DNA from: Blasia pusilla
Taxonomy: Eukaryota
Assembly: GCA_050084515.1 (NCBI GenBank)
Contig: CM114271.1
Span: 29,636,001 to 29,700,000 of the forward strand
Length of the DNA stretch: 64,000 bases
Direction: 5' to 3'
A model generated the notes under the pieces. That model saw nothing but the letters and a program-made list of their open reading frames with translations, was not told the origin of the DNA and did not search any database. A program made the position numbers and the translations under genes. Of this stretch, positions 12,459-25,068 are shown one piece after another (position 1 is the stretch's first letter; each line of letters opens with the position of its first letter).

Positions 12459-15400
12459 ATGTTTAGGTGTGGGTTTTCTCAATGTTTTTCTTCGTGGTCT
12501 AGTAGATTCCAAATGATGAAAGAAATGAATGAAAGGAAAAGCCGTTTTATGAAAAAAAAAGAGGGTTTGTTAAAATGTGAGGGTGTTCTATTAGATGAAG
12601 AGTTCATTAGTGGGATGTATGAAGAAGAGGGTTTTGGAGATAGTCTTGAAGAGGTGTTTTCCCAGATGAGCACCAACCCGCTGGATACAAGTGTGATTGC
12701 AATTCACTCGCGTGAGTTGCATGAAGAGATATCAAGGTTCATGGAAGGAGAACATGAATATGAATCTACGGAGAAGGAAGCGGATGGGCACGTGTTTGAG
12801 TCTGACGAACATCCCATGGAGGCACAAGTGCACACAAAATACAAGAAAGTGGCCCAGAAGGTGAAACCAATGGCTACTCAACTACCAGAGGGTTGTGGGA
12901 GACAAGTAGAACGTGCATCAATAGAGCCAAGTCTGCAGGATGTCAAGATGATAGGACACAAGTTCACTGAAGAGACGCTAGATCATCTGCAAATCGGAGG
13001 GGCTGAGTTTCTCACAGAAATTGAAAGAAAAAGCTTTCTGGAGATGTTAAGGAGACATGGTAAGGCTTTCTCTTTTACTACACAAGAAATTGGTTGTGTA
13101 GACACGAGTGTGGTGGCACCGATGGTAATTTTCACAGTTCCACATGTGCCTTGGGATTTGAAACCCATACCAGTACCACGAGCTATGATTCCCAAGCTGA
13201 TTGAGTTATTGAAGAAGAAGATGCAGATGGGTATCTTAGAGCCATCTATGGGGCCTTACTCGAGTTGATGGTTCACTGTGCCGAAGAAATCAGGAGCTCT
13301 CCGATTCATTCAAGATATGCAATCGGCAAATAAGGTAACCATTCGAAATATGGGAGCGGGGCCTAGAATAGATGAAGTCGCAGAAGCTTTTGAAGCCCGT
13401 GCTATCTATTCTATAGGAGATTTGCACTCGGGATATGATCAATTCCAATTAGCTACAGAGAGTAGAGATATTACCACTATACGCACTCCACTTGGGCTTG
13501 TAAGAATGTGCACATTACCTCAAGGAGCAACAAATTCTGTCGCTCACATGCAGAGTGCAATGAATAAAATCTTGAGAGAGTTGATTCCTGAGAAGACCAT
13601 TGCTTTTGTAGATTATATTCCTATAAAGGGATGTGCAATAGAAGATAGGATTGAGACGGTTGTGAAAGATGGGTGTAGAAAGTTTGTGTCTGATCATATT
13701 CGTGATGTGGATATGATCCTAACAATACTAGAAGAGGTCAATCTTACTCTTTCCGGAGAAAAGTGTAGCTTTGGAGTTCCTCACATTGTGGTAGTGGGTC
13801 ATCTTTGTGGAGAGTTTGGCCGAAAACCAAATCCAGCAAAAGTTGATGTCATCGGAAAGATACGAGAATGCAAAAATGTCACCGAAGTGAGAAGGTTTTT
13901 AGGAGCTTGTGTGTTTTATCAGGTATGGATTCCTCATTTTGGCCACATATCTGATCCTTTGTATGAGCTGTTGAGAAAGAAGAAGAAGTTCACTTGGGAG
14001 AAGAAGCAAAGAGCGGCAATGATGCAGTTGAAGGAGGCATTGAAGTCGCCACCGGTTCTACGACAAATGAGCTACGAATGCGAAAGACCTATTATCATCA
14101 CAGTGGACACTAGCCCTATTGCTATCGGGGCGGTTAAAGGATGACGCGGAAGGAAGAAGATTTGCAACAAGGTTTGGAGCTCGTACACTCACGGAACGAT
14201 AGAGGAGATACCCTCAGGTAAAGAGGGAGCTTTGGGGAGTTGTAACTGCAATGAAAGCTGAGAAGGAGTATCTTATGGGAGCCTATGTATTGCTTGAGGT
14301 TGATTTTCTACCTCTGTTGGGTATGATTGCGAATTGTACGACTCCAGATATAGCCATGCTATGTTGGATAGCCTACATTAGGTCCTTGAATCCACAATTG
14401 AAGCATATAGCTGGGAAAGAGAACTCAGTAGCTGACATGTTGTCTAGAGCTAGATTTAGTCAAGAAGAAGATATGGAGGCAAGTGAGATAGATGAGGATG
14501 ATGCATATGTGTGGCAAGTGTTATCTCAAGAACGAGGTGGCATAGAGGATGTTCTAGCCTTCAAAGAGAATTTGTATGAGGGCAGGTTAAAAGAAATTGG
14601 GCGTTATTTAAGCACTCTGCAAAGAGATGGAGGGTGGACAAAAAAGTTCTTCAAGGAGATTCGGCATAAGGCGTATGGCTATCTACTACAAGATGGGTAT
14701 CTTTGGAAAAGGCCAAAGAGGAAAGATGGAATGCCCTTGAGGGTGGTGGATGACAATAGGACAAAAATGCAAGTGCTCAAAGAATTCCACAATTCTTTAT
14801 GGGCAGGACATAGAGGTACTTGGGCAACTTTCACCAAGATAAAAGAGAGGTATTGGTGGAAAGGCCTATATAAGGATGTTGAGAGATATGTTGGGTCATG
14901 TGTTGAATGTCAGTTTCAATAAAAAATCAGGGTGAGAGATGGACTTAAACCCACATATCCTTTGTCTATTCATCATCAATGGGTTAAAGATCTAGTTGCT
15001 ATGCCACTAGGTCTTTGGGGAATGCGTTACGTGGTCCTAGCACGAGAAGAGTTGTCCAACTTTGTAGAAGGGAGGGCTTTACGGGCTAAACCTATATGTC
15101 GTTTTATTCTAGAGGATATTGTTGCTCGATATGGGAGTGTCGGGAGAATCCGTGTAGATAGAGGTGAGTTGAATGCAGAGGAAGCACGAGAGTTCTTCAA
15201 GAGATATAGAGTCCAGTTGAGATTAACAACCTCCATGAATCCGGAGGCAAACGACAAGAGCGAAAGGGGACATCCGCCAATCATTCAAGCATTGGTAAAG
15301 GCGTGTGGAGATCGTTATGCTGACTAGCCTAGATTTCTTCCATTTGCTTTATGGGCAGATAGAACCACTCATGGCACCGTTACAGGGTTCATGCCTACAG

Positions 15401-15480
15401 AGTTGATGACAGGTCAAAAGTCGATAATTCCAGCAAAAGGAGATATACCCACTTGGATGGGATTGCCGTGGGAAGACGGG
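12459..15480 (+). pseudogene. Element C pol: RT, RNase H, integrase HHCC and core (disrupted)
   Basis: DLHSGYDQF, LPQGATNS, FVDYIPIKG (DD motif mutated), TVDTSPIAIG, NSVADMLSR, H..LWAGH...CVECQ, KSERGH. Confidence 0.92.
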
Positions 15481-16061
15481 TGTCGTGCAAATCCACATCA
15501 TCATACAACATACATCTCTGGCATACCATACTCACATACATACATAACATAGACGAGAGCATCCACAAACACAAGTGTACCACAATTGAAATCCATGAAA
15601 GACCTACTATCATAAAACACGTATAGAATCACATACAATCGAGCCAAACCCACTCCACGATGGGAGAATCTAGGTCGAAGCTTGCGGGAAACACCATAGC
15701 CAAGAGCTCTACTCACTACCAAGGCTAACTCCCAACGCAACAGGCTCAACTCAAAGAACTAACTGTTCTTTGAATGCACTCCACCTTATATCCTCCAACC
15801 TAAGAGCGGGCCCTACTGGAAAAGTCACCCTCAACTGAGTAACCCCCAACCCTATGTATGAAATCGCATCTCTACCTAGACACTACGGCCCTACATAAGG
15901 TATGGCCTCTACTAGCACACTATACTCTACGACATAATCCGTATGGTCATGAGAGCTGTCGTGCGAATCCACATCGTCATACAACATACATCGCTGACAT
16001 ACCTTACTCACATACATACATAACATAGAGGAGAGCATCCATAAACACAAGTGTACCACAA
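15481..16061 (-). repeat. Element B 3' terminus: B1 (16061-15957), GC, A2 (15954-15587), B2 (15585-15481)
   Basis: A 105-bp segment occurs twice (15481-15585, 15957-16061) around a 368-bp segment that matches 25068-25435. Confidence 0.92.
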
Positions 16062-16074
16062 CTCGCCCCCCTAA
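16062..16074 (-). promoter_or_regulatory. Element B polypurine tract
   Basis: TTAGGGGGGCGAG on the minus strand, immediately before B1. Confidence 0.8.
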
Positions 16075-16235
16075 CTGGCGGTTAGGTCCCTCTAACTCCC
16101 AGGTAGCCCTATACATCTACTACATGCTATACATTTTCTTGGGTGAACGAATCAGAAGGCCGGGTGCTAGGTTGCCCCATTGTTAGTCGCACATCTGTAA
16201 TCCATATCATGCAAAGATCAAGTCATCTACCTCTC

Positions 16236-17490
16236 CTAAGTACATCGAGGACAAACCCACCTTCCAGTAGGAACAACATCCATATGTGGAGTCAAACACA
16301 TCATGTGCGAACCCCTAGAACACCGATCACACACCAACATACGGGCTGCGTTACCAGCAGACCCACACAACATGCACCTCAAGCTAGCACGTATCATGAC
16401 TAAGCTTGGGTCAACAGTACCATCCACATTTGGAAGATGACATGGAGCACAATTACACACTCGGTCCTTCCAAACAACTCCATCACGACCCTCCAACATG
16501 AGAACTCCAGAAGCTAACACCTCACGCACTCGTAAAATAGTGCGGCCTGCCATCACATCCAACGTTGTTGGTGCAATCTGCTGCATATAGACATAGTCCC
16601 CCACATGGAACCTACGAATCAATGGTTGATAACCTCCACCCTGAATGGTTGCATACCGCAACGTATCCCTGTGTTGAGCAATGGCAAGATTCTCAAAGGC
16701 TGTTGGCATAACTCTCTGAAAGAGCTCTCCCCGCTGAGAACACATTCTCATCCACATCTCTGGGTCATCAAGGTTCACCACCTCACTAGACTCCCGATGA
16801 ATTGCTGCTGGCAAGTTTGGATCTCGGCCGTATAATATAAAATAAGGTGAGAAGGAAGCCAAGGATGCTTTGCGACTGAACCTATATCCCATGGCTAACC
16901 ATGGCAACTGAATATCCCGGTCTCAAGATGCCCCTTCTGTAGGCCATACTTGCGCAATGCCCTCTTCACCGTCTGAACCACACGCTCAGCCAAACCATCC
17001 GCCTCTGGATGATCTCGAGACGTGGTCCGATGATCAATCAACGCCTTATCACACAAGACCTGAAACTCACCCTGAAACTCTGTAAGCTGGTCGGTAAGCA
17101 CTTCAGCTGGTGCACCAAAATGACTAAGCACTCTATCAAGAAACGCATACGCCGTTCCCTCACTTGCCTTGTCAGGTAATGCCACCAACTCAATCCACTT
17201 GGAGAAGTGCTCCACCATCACCAACACATATTGATGATGTCGTACAGTCAACGATAACGGTCCCGCAAAGTCCACACTCCAATGATAACCCAACCCCATA
17301 ATAGGCAGGGGTGTAACTGTAGTGTAGGGGCATTGAATGATGCCCTCACCCGGTCACAAACTATACAACATGACACCAACTGTTGCACCTGAGTATGCAT
17401 GTCACGCCACCAATACTGACCAAGGAGTAAGCTATACGTACGCTTTACCCCAAAATATCCCAACTCCTCATGGGCATGTCGCACAATGCG
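16236..17490 (-). pseudogene. Element B DDE integrase with C-terminal PHD finger (frameshifted)
   Basis: HAHEELGYFG...CIVCDR; WSVDFAGP, LTDQ, AERVVQT; PHD CMLC...CDRC...H..C...WVCPRC at ~16240-16375. Confidence 0.93.
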
Positions 17491-17496
17491 CTCTCT

Positions 17497-19389
17497 CTAA
17501 GCCAAATGCGGCACTACTCGTACTCTACCATCCTCCCACACACGGAGAATATGTGATCCCTCCAATCGATACCTCTTAGCAAGTTGAAGAACACGGTCTC
17601 GCTCCTTGGCACTCACTATGCCTAGCACCCTACTGGTCCGTAGGAACTCCAACACCAACGCATCATCATGAATATCACGCTGATCCGTACCACCATCTCC
17701 AACCTTAGGATCTAAAGGTTGGCCATCTACCCTCTGACTAGAGTAAGATATCATGTGGTCATCCATACTAGAGTCCACCCCTAACCAACACAAAAAGGCG
17801 GATGCATGCCAACTTGGCACCATCTCCTCATCAACCTCGCCATGCCATCTAGCCCCAATTGTATCCTTTTGGCTAGTACATGGGTTCCTACTCAACCCAT
17901 CAGCATCAAGGTTGGCAACTCCAGGTCTATGTACCACTTGGAAGTCATACTCCTGTAAGATAAGAGCCCACCGTGCAAGCTTCCATGTAAGCTTGTGAGA
18001 CTCCATCAACCACTTGAGCGGCTGGTGATCAATAACAAGGGTAAACTATGTACCAAACAAGTAACACCTAAAGTGTGCCACAGCCCACACTACTGCCAAG
18101 CACTCTCCCTCATATGAACTATAGCGCGACTCCGCTGCATTATTCGAACAACTTGCATAGGCCACCACAAACTCCATGTGCTCATCATCATGTTGTGTCA
18201 ACACCGCTCCAAGTCCCAACCTACTCCAATCAGTGTGTAACTGAAATGGGCGCCCTCTGATAGGTCTCCTTAAGATAGGCGGCGCCACCAACTGGGCCTT
18301 AAGCTCCACAAAAGCTCTCTCATGATCATCTCCCCAGTGCCACTCTTGATCTGATTTCAGAAATTGGTTCAAAGGCTTTGCCATAGCACTAAATCCCTTC
18401 ACATACCTCCGATAGTAGTTCGCCAATCCCATGAATGCTCGAACTCTACTCACATCTACCGGACGCGGAATAAGTGCAATAGCCTCCACCTTTGCTTGCT
18501 GAACTCCCAAACCACCTAGATAGATCACATGACCCAAGTACTCAACATCCTCATGGAAGAACTTACACTTTCCTGGATGCAAACGTAGACCATGAGCTTT
18601 CAACCGCTCAAACATCATCTGCAAATGTATTTGATGCTCCTCCACCATGTTACTGAATACCAAGATATCATCAATGTAACATCGAACAAAATCCAACCAT
18701 GCTAGGATCCTGTCCATCACTCTCTGAAACTCGGCAGGTGCATTCTTCAACCCAAAGGGTAAGAATTTCCACTGGTACAAACAATCCTTGCCATGAGAGT
18801 TGACACCCCAAAATGCTGTCTTGGCCTTGTCACTCTCCCGAATCGGTAATTGATGGTATCCTGCCCGAAGATCCAAAATACTGAAAATCTTTGCCTGTCC
18901 CACCACATCAAAGATCTCCTTAGGTGTAGGCATGGCATACCTATCGGCCTTGGTTTGACGATTGATAGGACGGTAATCTCCACACATCTGCCTATCCGTG
19001 TAGTTGCCATTCATATCCTTTTTAGCAGGCATGACAGTGGCTGATGCATACTCTCCATGCGACAACTCCACTAATCGAGCCTCCAAAAGGTCCAACGTCC
19101 TACTCTAAATCAGGTCCCTCTCCATATCACTATATCGGTAGGGATGACGGAAGATTGGCGTATCACTAGCCAAATCAATCCGTATATCGGGTCCAACCAG
19201 AGCACCCAACTCCTTCATGCTAAAGGCAAAATAACTCCTATAAGCACGTAGGAACTGTCTCAAGCGTCGTTTCTTCACCTCCCGTAAGCTTGGGCCCAAG
19301 TAATGGCTCCCAAGTCTCCTCCACTGGCACACTAGAGGGAGAGGACGATGCCATTTGCTGCTACGCAAACCCCTCACAAGATGGTACAC
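17497..19389 (-). pseudogene. Element B reverse transcriptase, RNase H and linker
   Basis: DLRAGYHQ, LPFGLKNAP, YIDDILVFS, LHTDWS, YEGECLAVVWAV, NLDADGLSR. Confidence 0.95.
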
Positions 19390-19574
19390 CCTTAGCTACA
19401 CCATCATCTGAGCAACCAACTCCACATGCCCAACCATTACATCCCATTTACTCCAAGGATGCAAAATACTACTCTCCTTGCCCCCAGCCCATGCCTCTAC
19501 CGTCTTGGTAGCCATCGAGCTCATTACAAGGGGTGGAAGATCCACAAACGTAGTGCGGAGTCGTATTTTGGCCA

Positions 19575-20535
19575 TACCAAGACTCAAAATCCAAGTCAAA
19601 CAATTCAAGTCCATGGCCTGACCCAACACATGACGTCGTGAAGCCTCAGAAATGGAAGCAACCGTTGTCACACTAGTAGCAAATCCAATCACACGCTCTC
19701 TCTCATCAACGTTAGGCTCCACCAACTATCGTACATGAGAATCCCATACAAGCCCGGGACCACCTTCCCTGTAGGCATGTGACCAGGGAAAACTCACAAA
19801 TGTGGGTAGTGCCATCCTAGGCTAGCCCACACGGTTCACCACTGCCATGGGTGACCGATCAATAACCCTCACCACTTGAGAAAGTCGCCCAGTATCCAAG
19901 ATACTATCCACTGTAAGGCAAGGATCCTGCTGCACTGCATCATATGCTCGACGTAGAACCTCCCTAGGCAACAAGTTTGTCCACCATAAGCGTGGACGAT
20001 GTGCACGCGAGCCAACTCGCGCTGCATCCAACAACACCGCTGGTCCAATCCAAGACCGCACCTCATGAACACTCGCCATCATCCGGGTCCGAGTGTCACC
20101 CAACAATGGAACATTCTCCAGAATGTAAGCGGGAGCACGTGCCTGATGAACCTGAAGATGTCGTAACACCCGTAACATCTCCCAAAAAAATCGAGACCTA
20201 GGGTCGTGTAATCCCTCACCACGACCAGCACGTGTATGACCCTGACATGGCCATCCAGCAATCACCAATTCCACAGGACCAACCTTCTCAAAGTCATGCG
20301 CCCCCAACAATACAATGTGTGACGGCAAAGCACGCTGGTACCCACGAATAGCGGATGGCGGCAACAACTCAGGATATCTCCGCATCAACTGACCAATATG
20401 TCGGGATGAGACTCTCTGGGTCGTCTCATCTCGCTCCACATACATGTATCTCCGCACAGGAATACCGGCCTGCAACACTCCAGCCAAACCAGTGCTTATC
20501 CCACCAAAGAGATCTAACACACAAATGCCCTCCGG
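19575..20535 (-). pseudogene. DNMT3-like C5 cytosine DNA methyltransferase domain inside the polyprotein, between protease and RT
   Basis: Motif I VLDLFGGISTG, IV IAGWPCQG, VI ILENV, VIII DAARVGSRAHRPRLWWTNL, IX ERERVIGF, X RRHVLGQAMDL; two in-frame TAG stops. Confidence 0.92.
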
Positions 20536-20829
20536 CGGATACTGCCATACAATGGGTGTAGTATCCGAAGGGGATAACCCAACTGGACCAGAAGTAGGAG
20601 TCCGCCGTGGGGCCTCCTCTTCCTCGTGAGGTATATGACCTCACACCAAGCCTCTGCACTAGGCGTCGCCTCTGCCGTAATGCACCGCCTGAACTCCAAA
20701 GTGGCACATCCAACGATGAGGATGCCATTGCTGTAAAAATAGGGACCTCCTCTACCTCCTCATGCACAGGAGAATCCATAGCAGAAACATTATCCGCCAA
20801 AAAGTCTCCTGACCAAGTAACTACTCCAC

Positions 20830-21298
20830 TAAAACCAGCCACAAATGCTAACACTGTTGGGGAAGACCCTCTTGGTTGAGCCCCATAAATAAATCTCACA
20901 GGAACTTGGCTCATACGTCCATCCCCGGACTGCCAACCAGGTCTATAAGACGTTGTTTCAGTCCAGTAATCCATCTGAAAACCCATCAGGTACAATACTG
21001 CTCCTCCAACTAGTACATCATACGACTCGGCTAATGTGACTATCGCAGATACTCCCAACCGGGAGCTATCAATCACATGATCTGGTCTCAACTGTACAGA
21101 AAACTTCTCCCGTGTCATGAATTGAGACCTACCATTGGCTCCTCCAAGTGATGTTTGAATTTGGAATGGGCAAGGCTCAAGCTCTGACCTCCGAATACCC
21201 AAACCAATACATGCCGCCTTTCCCAACATCAAAGGTTGGGCACCAGAGTCTAACAAGACTCTATATGGTCTATACACCTGTCCTGTAGGACTCACCAA
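20830..21298 (-). pseudogene. Element B aspartic protease
   Basis: RVLLDSGAQPLMLG...YDVLVGG. Confidence 0.85.
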
Positions 21299-23434
21299 TC
21301 AGAATATCCCACTCCGATTGTCCAACATACATACACCAGGTGTAAGCCTCTCACGATCAATGGGTGGCCGGGTTGGTAATGCATCCATCTTCGCCGCTGC
21401 TGCCTCCCAAGTAGCACTGGTACTCAATGCTACACCTAATATAGAGGGTCCCTCCACCGCAACACCCTCATCCACCTCACCACGTGCAGCAGTAACATCC
21501 CCATGTTCACACAACGTGGCTGCTAGCTGAAATACAAGAGCTAAGTCAACCCCTAAAGCCATCAGCTCCGTTGCCGAAAATAATGGGGATCCCAACACTG
21601 GAGTTGCCATCCGCAATACTACACTAGATGCTGCATCCGTGTCTACTACACGCGATGTAGATGCCTCAATCCCCATTGTCGGCTCAATAGGCTGCGTAGG
21701 AACCATGGATGGAGTCCTAAGCACCTCAGACAACAAGAATGACTGGGGAAGCCTAGCCTGCCTCCTAGCCTCACCTCTCTGTGGATCCAACTCCATAGTA
21801 GCACCCCGTGGCTCTGACGCTCGAGTGGCTCCTCTCGTAACTGCAGTCGATGCCTCAACCTGTGCTGCACTCGCCATATAAGAGAGATCATCCCCTCCAT
21901 AAGAGGTGGAAGCCCCTGCTCCCGAACTCTATGTTGGATACCAGCCATAGTAGCCAACCTCTGCTCCAACTGCTCAATCCTGGTAGCCATAGTAGCCAAC
22001 TTCTGCTCCAATTTCTCAATCCTGGCAGCCATAGCTGACTCTGTCGTAGTGGTAGGGGTAGCCACTGTAGGCTCTCTAACCACTGGTCCACCTCTACCAC
22101 CCCTATCACCTCTAGCACCTCGGCCTCTTGGAGCTACTCCACCACGGCCGCAGCCTGATCTCAACTCTGGATGAAGATCAAAGCAACGCTCTCGAGGATG
22201 ACCTGGTCTCCCATAATGATCACACTAAGTTGGGGCCGACTGAGGCCCATCCTCCAAAGTCCGTCTCCCATCCTCTTGGGGACAAAACTTCCTAACATGA
22301 TCACCTCCACATGTCCAACATGCTTGTCCTTGCTGCGGGGCAGCAAATGAAGGCAATGGTCTCTACGCAAGTGTCCCTCTAGGACCTGATTGAGGTCGTG
22401 TGTACCCCCCACGACTCCCACTACTACTACCACCACCACTACTACGAGACTGTGAGGTGGGTTGCTGAACACGAGAAGTAGTAGTTGTATCCCTACCGAA
22501 TGCGGATGTCACCACTCTCTCCTTCACCATGTTAAGCTCAATCTTCTCAGATAGAGCAAACACATGGGTCAATGTGGATGAATCATCACTCAGAAGAGTA
22601 GCATCACGTACCCTGCGGCGCAACTCTCTGTCCAAGATCCCATATATCAAAACTGGAGTGTCTGAGCCTCAATCACACCCTGGGTGACTGAAATCAAGCG
22701 TCGCATACGAGTGTATGCCTCACGAAGACTCTCACCAGTCTTTCGCTCAAATTCTTGAAGACTCCTCAACTTCTCTATCTTCACTCCCTGATAGTTTTTC
22801 TTCAACCTCTTGAAGAACTCTGCAACCACGCTAAACGATGGTTGGGCACTAGTACACTAGTACCCCCACTGGTACCTCCACTGGTACTCCCACTCCGGCT
22901 CGTACTCGTACCACTCAACGTCGGGCTGGCTGGCATAGTAGGAGCACTACTACCAGTACCACCATGGGTGATAGACACATAGCCTGGTGACCAATATTGT
23001 CTCCATGCCTCAATCTCAGCAACATGGTCCTTCCTAAACTCATGGTAATCATCCATGGGTGGTCCCTCCAAGTGCTGAAACAACCCCTTCCAAGCCAAGA
23101 AGGGTGTAAACAACGTGGCGTTCCGCAACATCTGCATATCACACCACGTATCAAACTCCTGCATGAAGTCCTCCAACTCAATGGTGCCCACTGCACCCGA
23201 GTATCGTCGTGGGCCCTTCATGGCCCCATATATCCCATCCATGTTTCAAATCAATGGAGCTGCAACACTTGATAACAACGTAGAAGACTCGATGTTTGGA
23301 ACGCCCTCGTCCTCCTCTTCATCAACCGTCGGAAGTGGAAAAGGTAGCCGATACCTAAATCCACTCCGTGTGAAACCACCACTGTCCACACCACAGTCCC
23401 CAACCAGACCACCCGACAGCTCCATGATGACCAA
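21299..23434 (-). pseudogene. Element B gag, with two zinc knuckles, an RGG stretch and a coiled-coil repeat (fragmented)
   Basis: PRRYSG...LEDFMQEFDTWC; RKTGESLREAYTRM; knuckles CWTCGGDHVRKFC and CDHYGRPGHPRERC at ~22180-22325. Confidence 0.8.
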
Positions 23435-24202
23435 CGCCGATGCTGCACCATCACCACCAAATTATCACCACTAAGTAACCAAGTGACGTCGATGTCGCTA
23501 TACTATTCTAGCTCTACTAGCTATGGGTGTAGGCAACCTAACCTGTCATCACCACAAGAAGCCTCCCACGGTCTACTGGTCATCACTCTAGCCTCTATCG
23601 GTAGCACACAGGAGTAACACTACTCTGGAAATCAGCGTCAACCCTAACAATGGGCGCGCAAGCAAGAAGCAACGATGGAGGGGATCCAAACACAGGAAGT
23701 CCAACGACAACCCTCCAATCGCAAATGGAAATCAAGGTAACACAATCCACAAACATGGCGCCCCCTGAATCCACAAAACCCACCACAAAATTCTAACGCA
23801 ATAGCTACTGTGCCGCGGGTCGATGACGTGCTAGTCGAACTCGCAGCACCTGAAAATATCACCTGCATGGAGAGGCTACAGCGTACTACGCGCTAGAGGT
23901 CCATCAACCAAAACCCTGAGATGAGATGCATAAAGCGCCTAATACCTCTCCGAATAGCACCAAATGAGCTACACCAGTGTGTACATTGGCATAGTTAAGA
24001 ACTCAGCAATTAAGCGTCTTCCAGGCAGAATAGCCCAAAGATGGGTGACCACTTATGCAACACTCAAATCACAAATCCTGCAAAAACTACCTCATGCCCA
24101 AGCAAGCAAGCTTGCTTGCTTGCCCCTTGCTCCTTACTCTGCCTCTCATGCCCACTCGCCCCGAGCTACCACGAGTTGCCTCGAAGCCTCAAAACGCCGA
24201 GA

Positions 24203-24342
24203 AATGCCCTTATCGCCCCGTTCGGCATGCTTCGTTATGGAGAGAGGCCCAACCAAGGCGCCCCCAAATGCTCGAGACATGCCCCTATTGCCCCGTTCGC
24301 CACGCTTCGCTATGGAGAGAGGCCCAACCAAGGTTCCCCCAA
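24203..24342. repeat. Two ~75-bp tandem copies in the element B leader
   Basis: atgccc.tat.gccccgttcg.ca.gcttcg.tatggagagaggcccaaccaagg occurs twice. Confidence 0.8.
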
Positions 24343-25053
24343 CGGGATAGGCATCTCCAACAATGAACGAGTCACCAACCAACCAGCCCCTCCGATCTGC
24401 TGTCACCACCACCTTGAGCTATGTTTCGATCACAATTAAAAATCAGCAAAATTGAATCTGTTTTGACTAGAATTTAATTGACCACCATAGCTATGTTTCC
24501 ACAAAAAATCAGCTATAATTGAGCTCTGTACTCCGAGCTAAAAATCAAACAAACTTGCTGTCCATACACCTCAAGAATCACAGCGCTTTCGCCCAGTTTC
24601 ATGAACGCGGAAAGCCGCAACGCTCCACACACTCGAGCGGATATCTTCACATGAGATCACAATACAAGTAGCAATAGGAACCTCTCACCCGATCTGGATG
24701 AACTTCAACAGAACTTCCGCACTCCAAGCTCTCCACATCAGAAAACCGTCGAACACGAACCAAAATCTTCAATCCTTGATAACTTCCAACTCCCTTGACA
24801 AAATCCGGCGATCTAAAGCACGTTGGAAAGCTCTTAGCAAGGTGCTTCTTTCCCAACCAAACCACGCACCGTATTCACACCGCCGCCGCTCCTTGTAGCA
24901 GTCTCCCTTGTGCTACCACTTGGGGTCGCACCGCCTCCCGCGTAGGATCCGTCACTACAACATAGGCCACAAGCCACGAACATCCACGGCTGAGTACACA
25001 ATCAGCCCTAACTAGATCCTACTGATCCACAATCAAAGCTACCATCGATCTAG

Positions 25054-25068
25054 GTCAGTTCTTTGAGT
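25054..25068 (-). promoter_or_regulatory. Putative self-priming primer-binding site, element B
   Basis: Minus-strand ACTCAAAGAACTGAC abuts A1 and pairs (one G:U) with GTTAGTTCTTTGAGT at 25244-25230, just downstream of ATATAA (25272-25267). Confidence 0.75.

Noticed and set aside
15481-15954. Ordinary A+B LTR whose 5' partner was truncated by chance
   Set aside because: The primer site abuts A and the PPT abuts B in two families with unrelated repeat sequence, and the extra B after the PPT recurs in four copies.
19822-20520. Host DNMT3/DRM gene or bacterial contamination
   Set aside because: It is intronless, lies between protease and RT within TSD-bounded ends, and recurs at the same position in an older copy.
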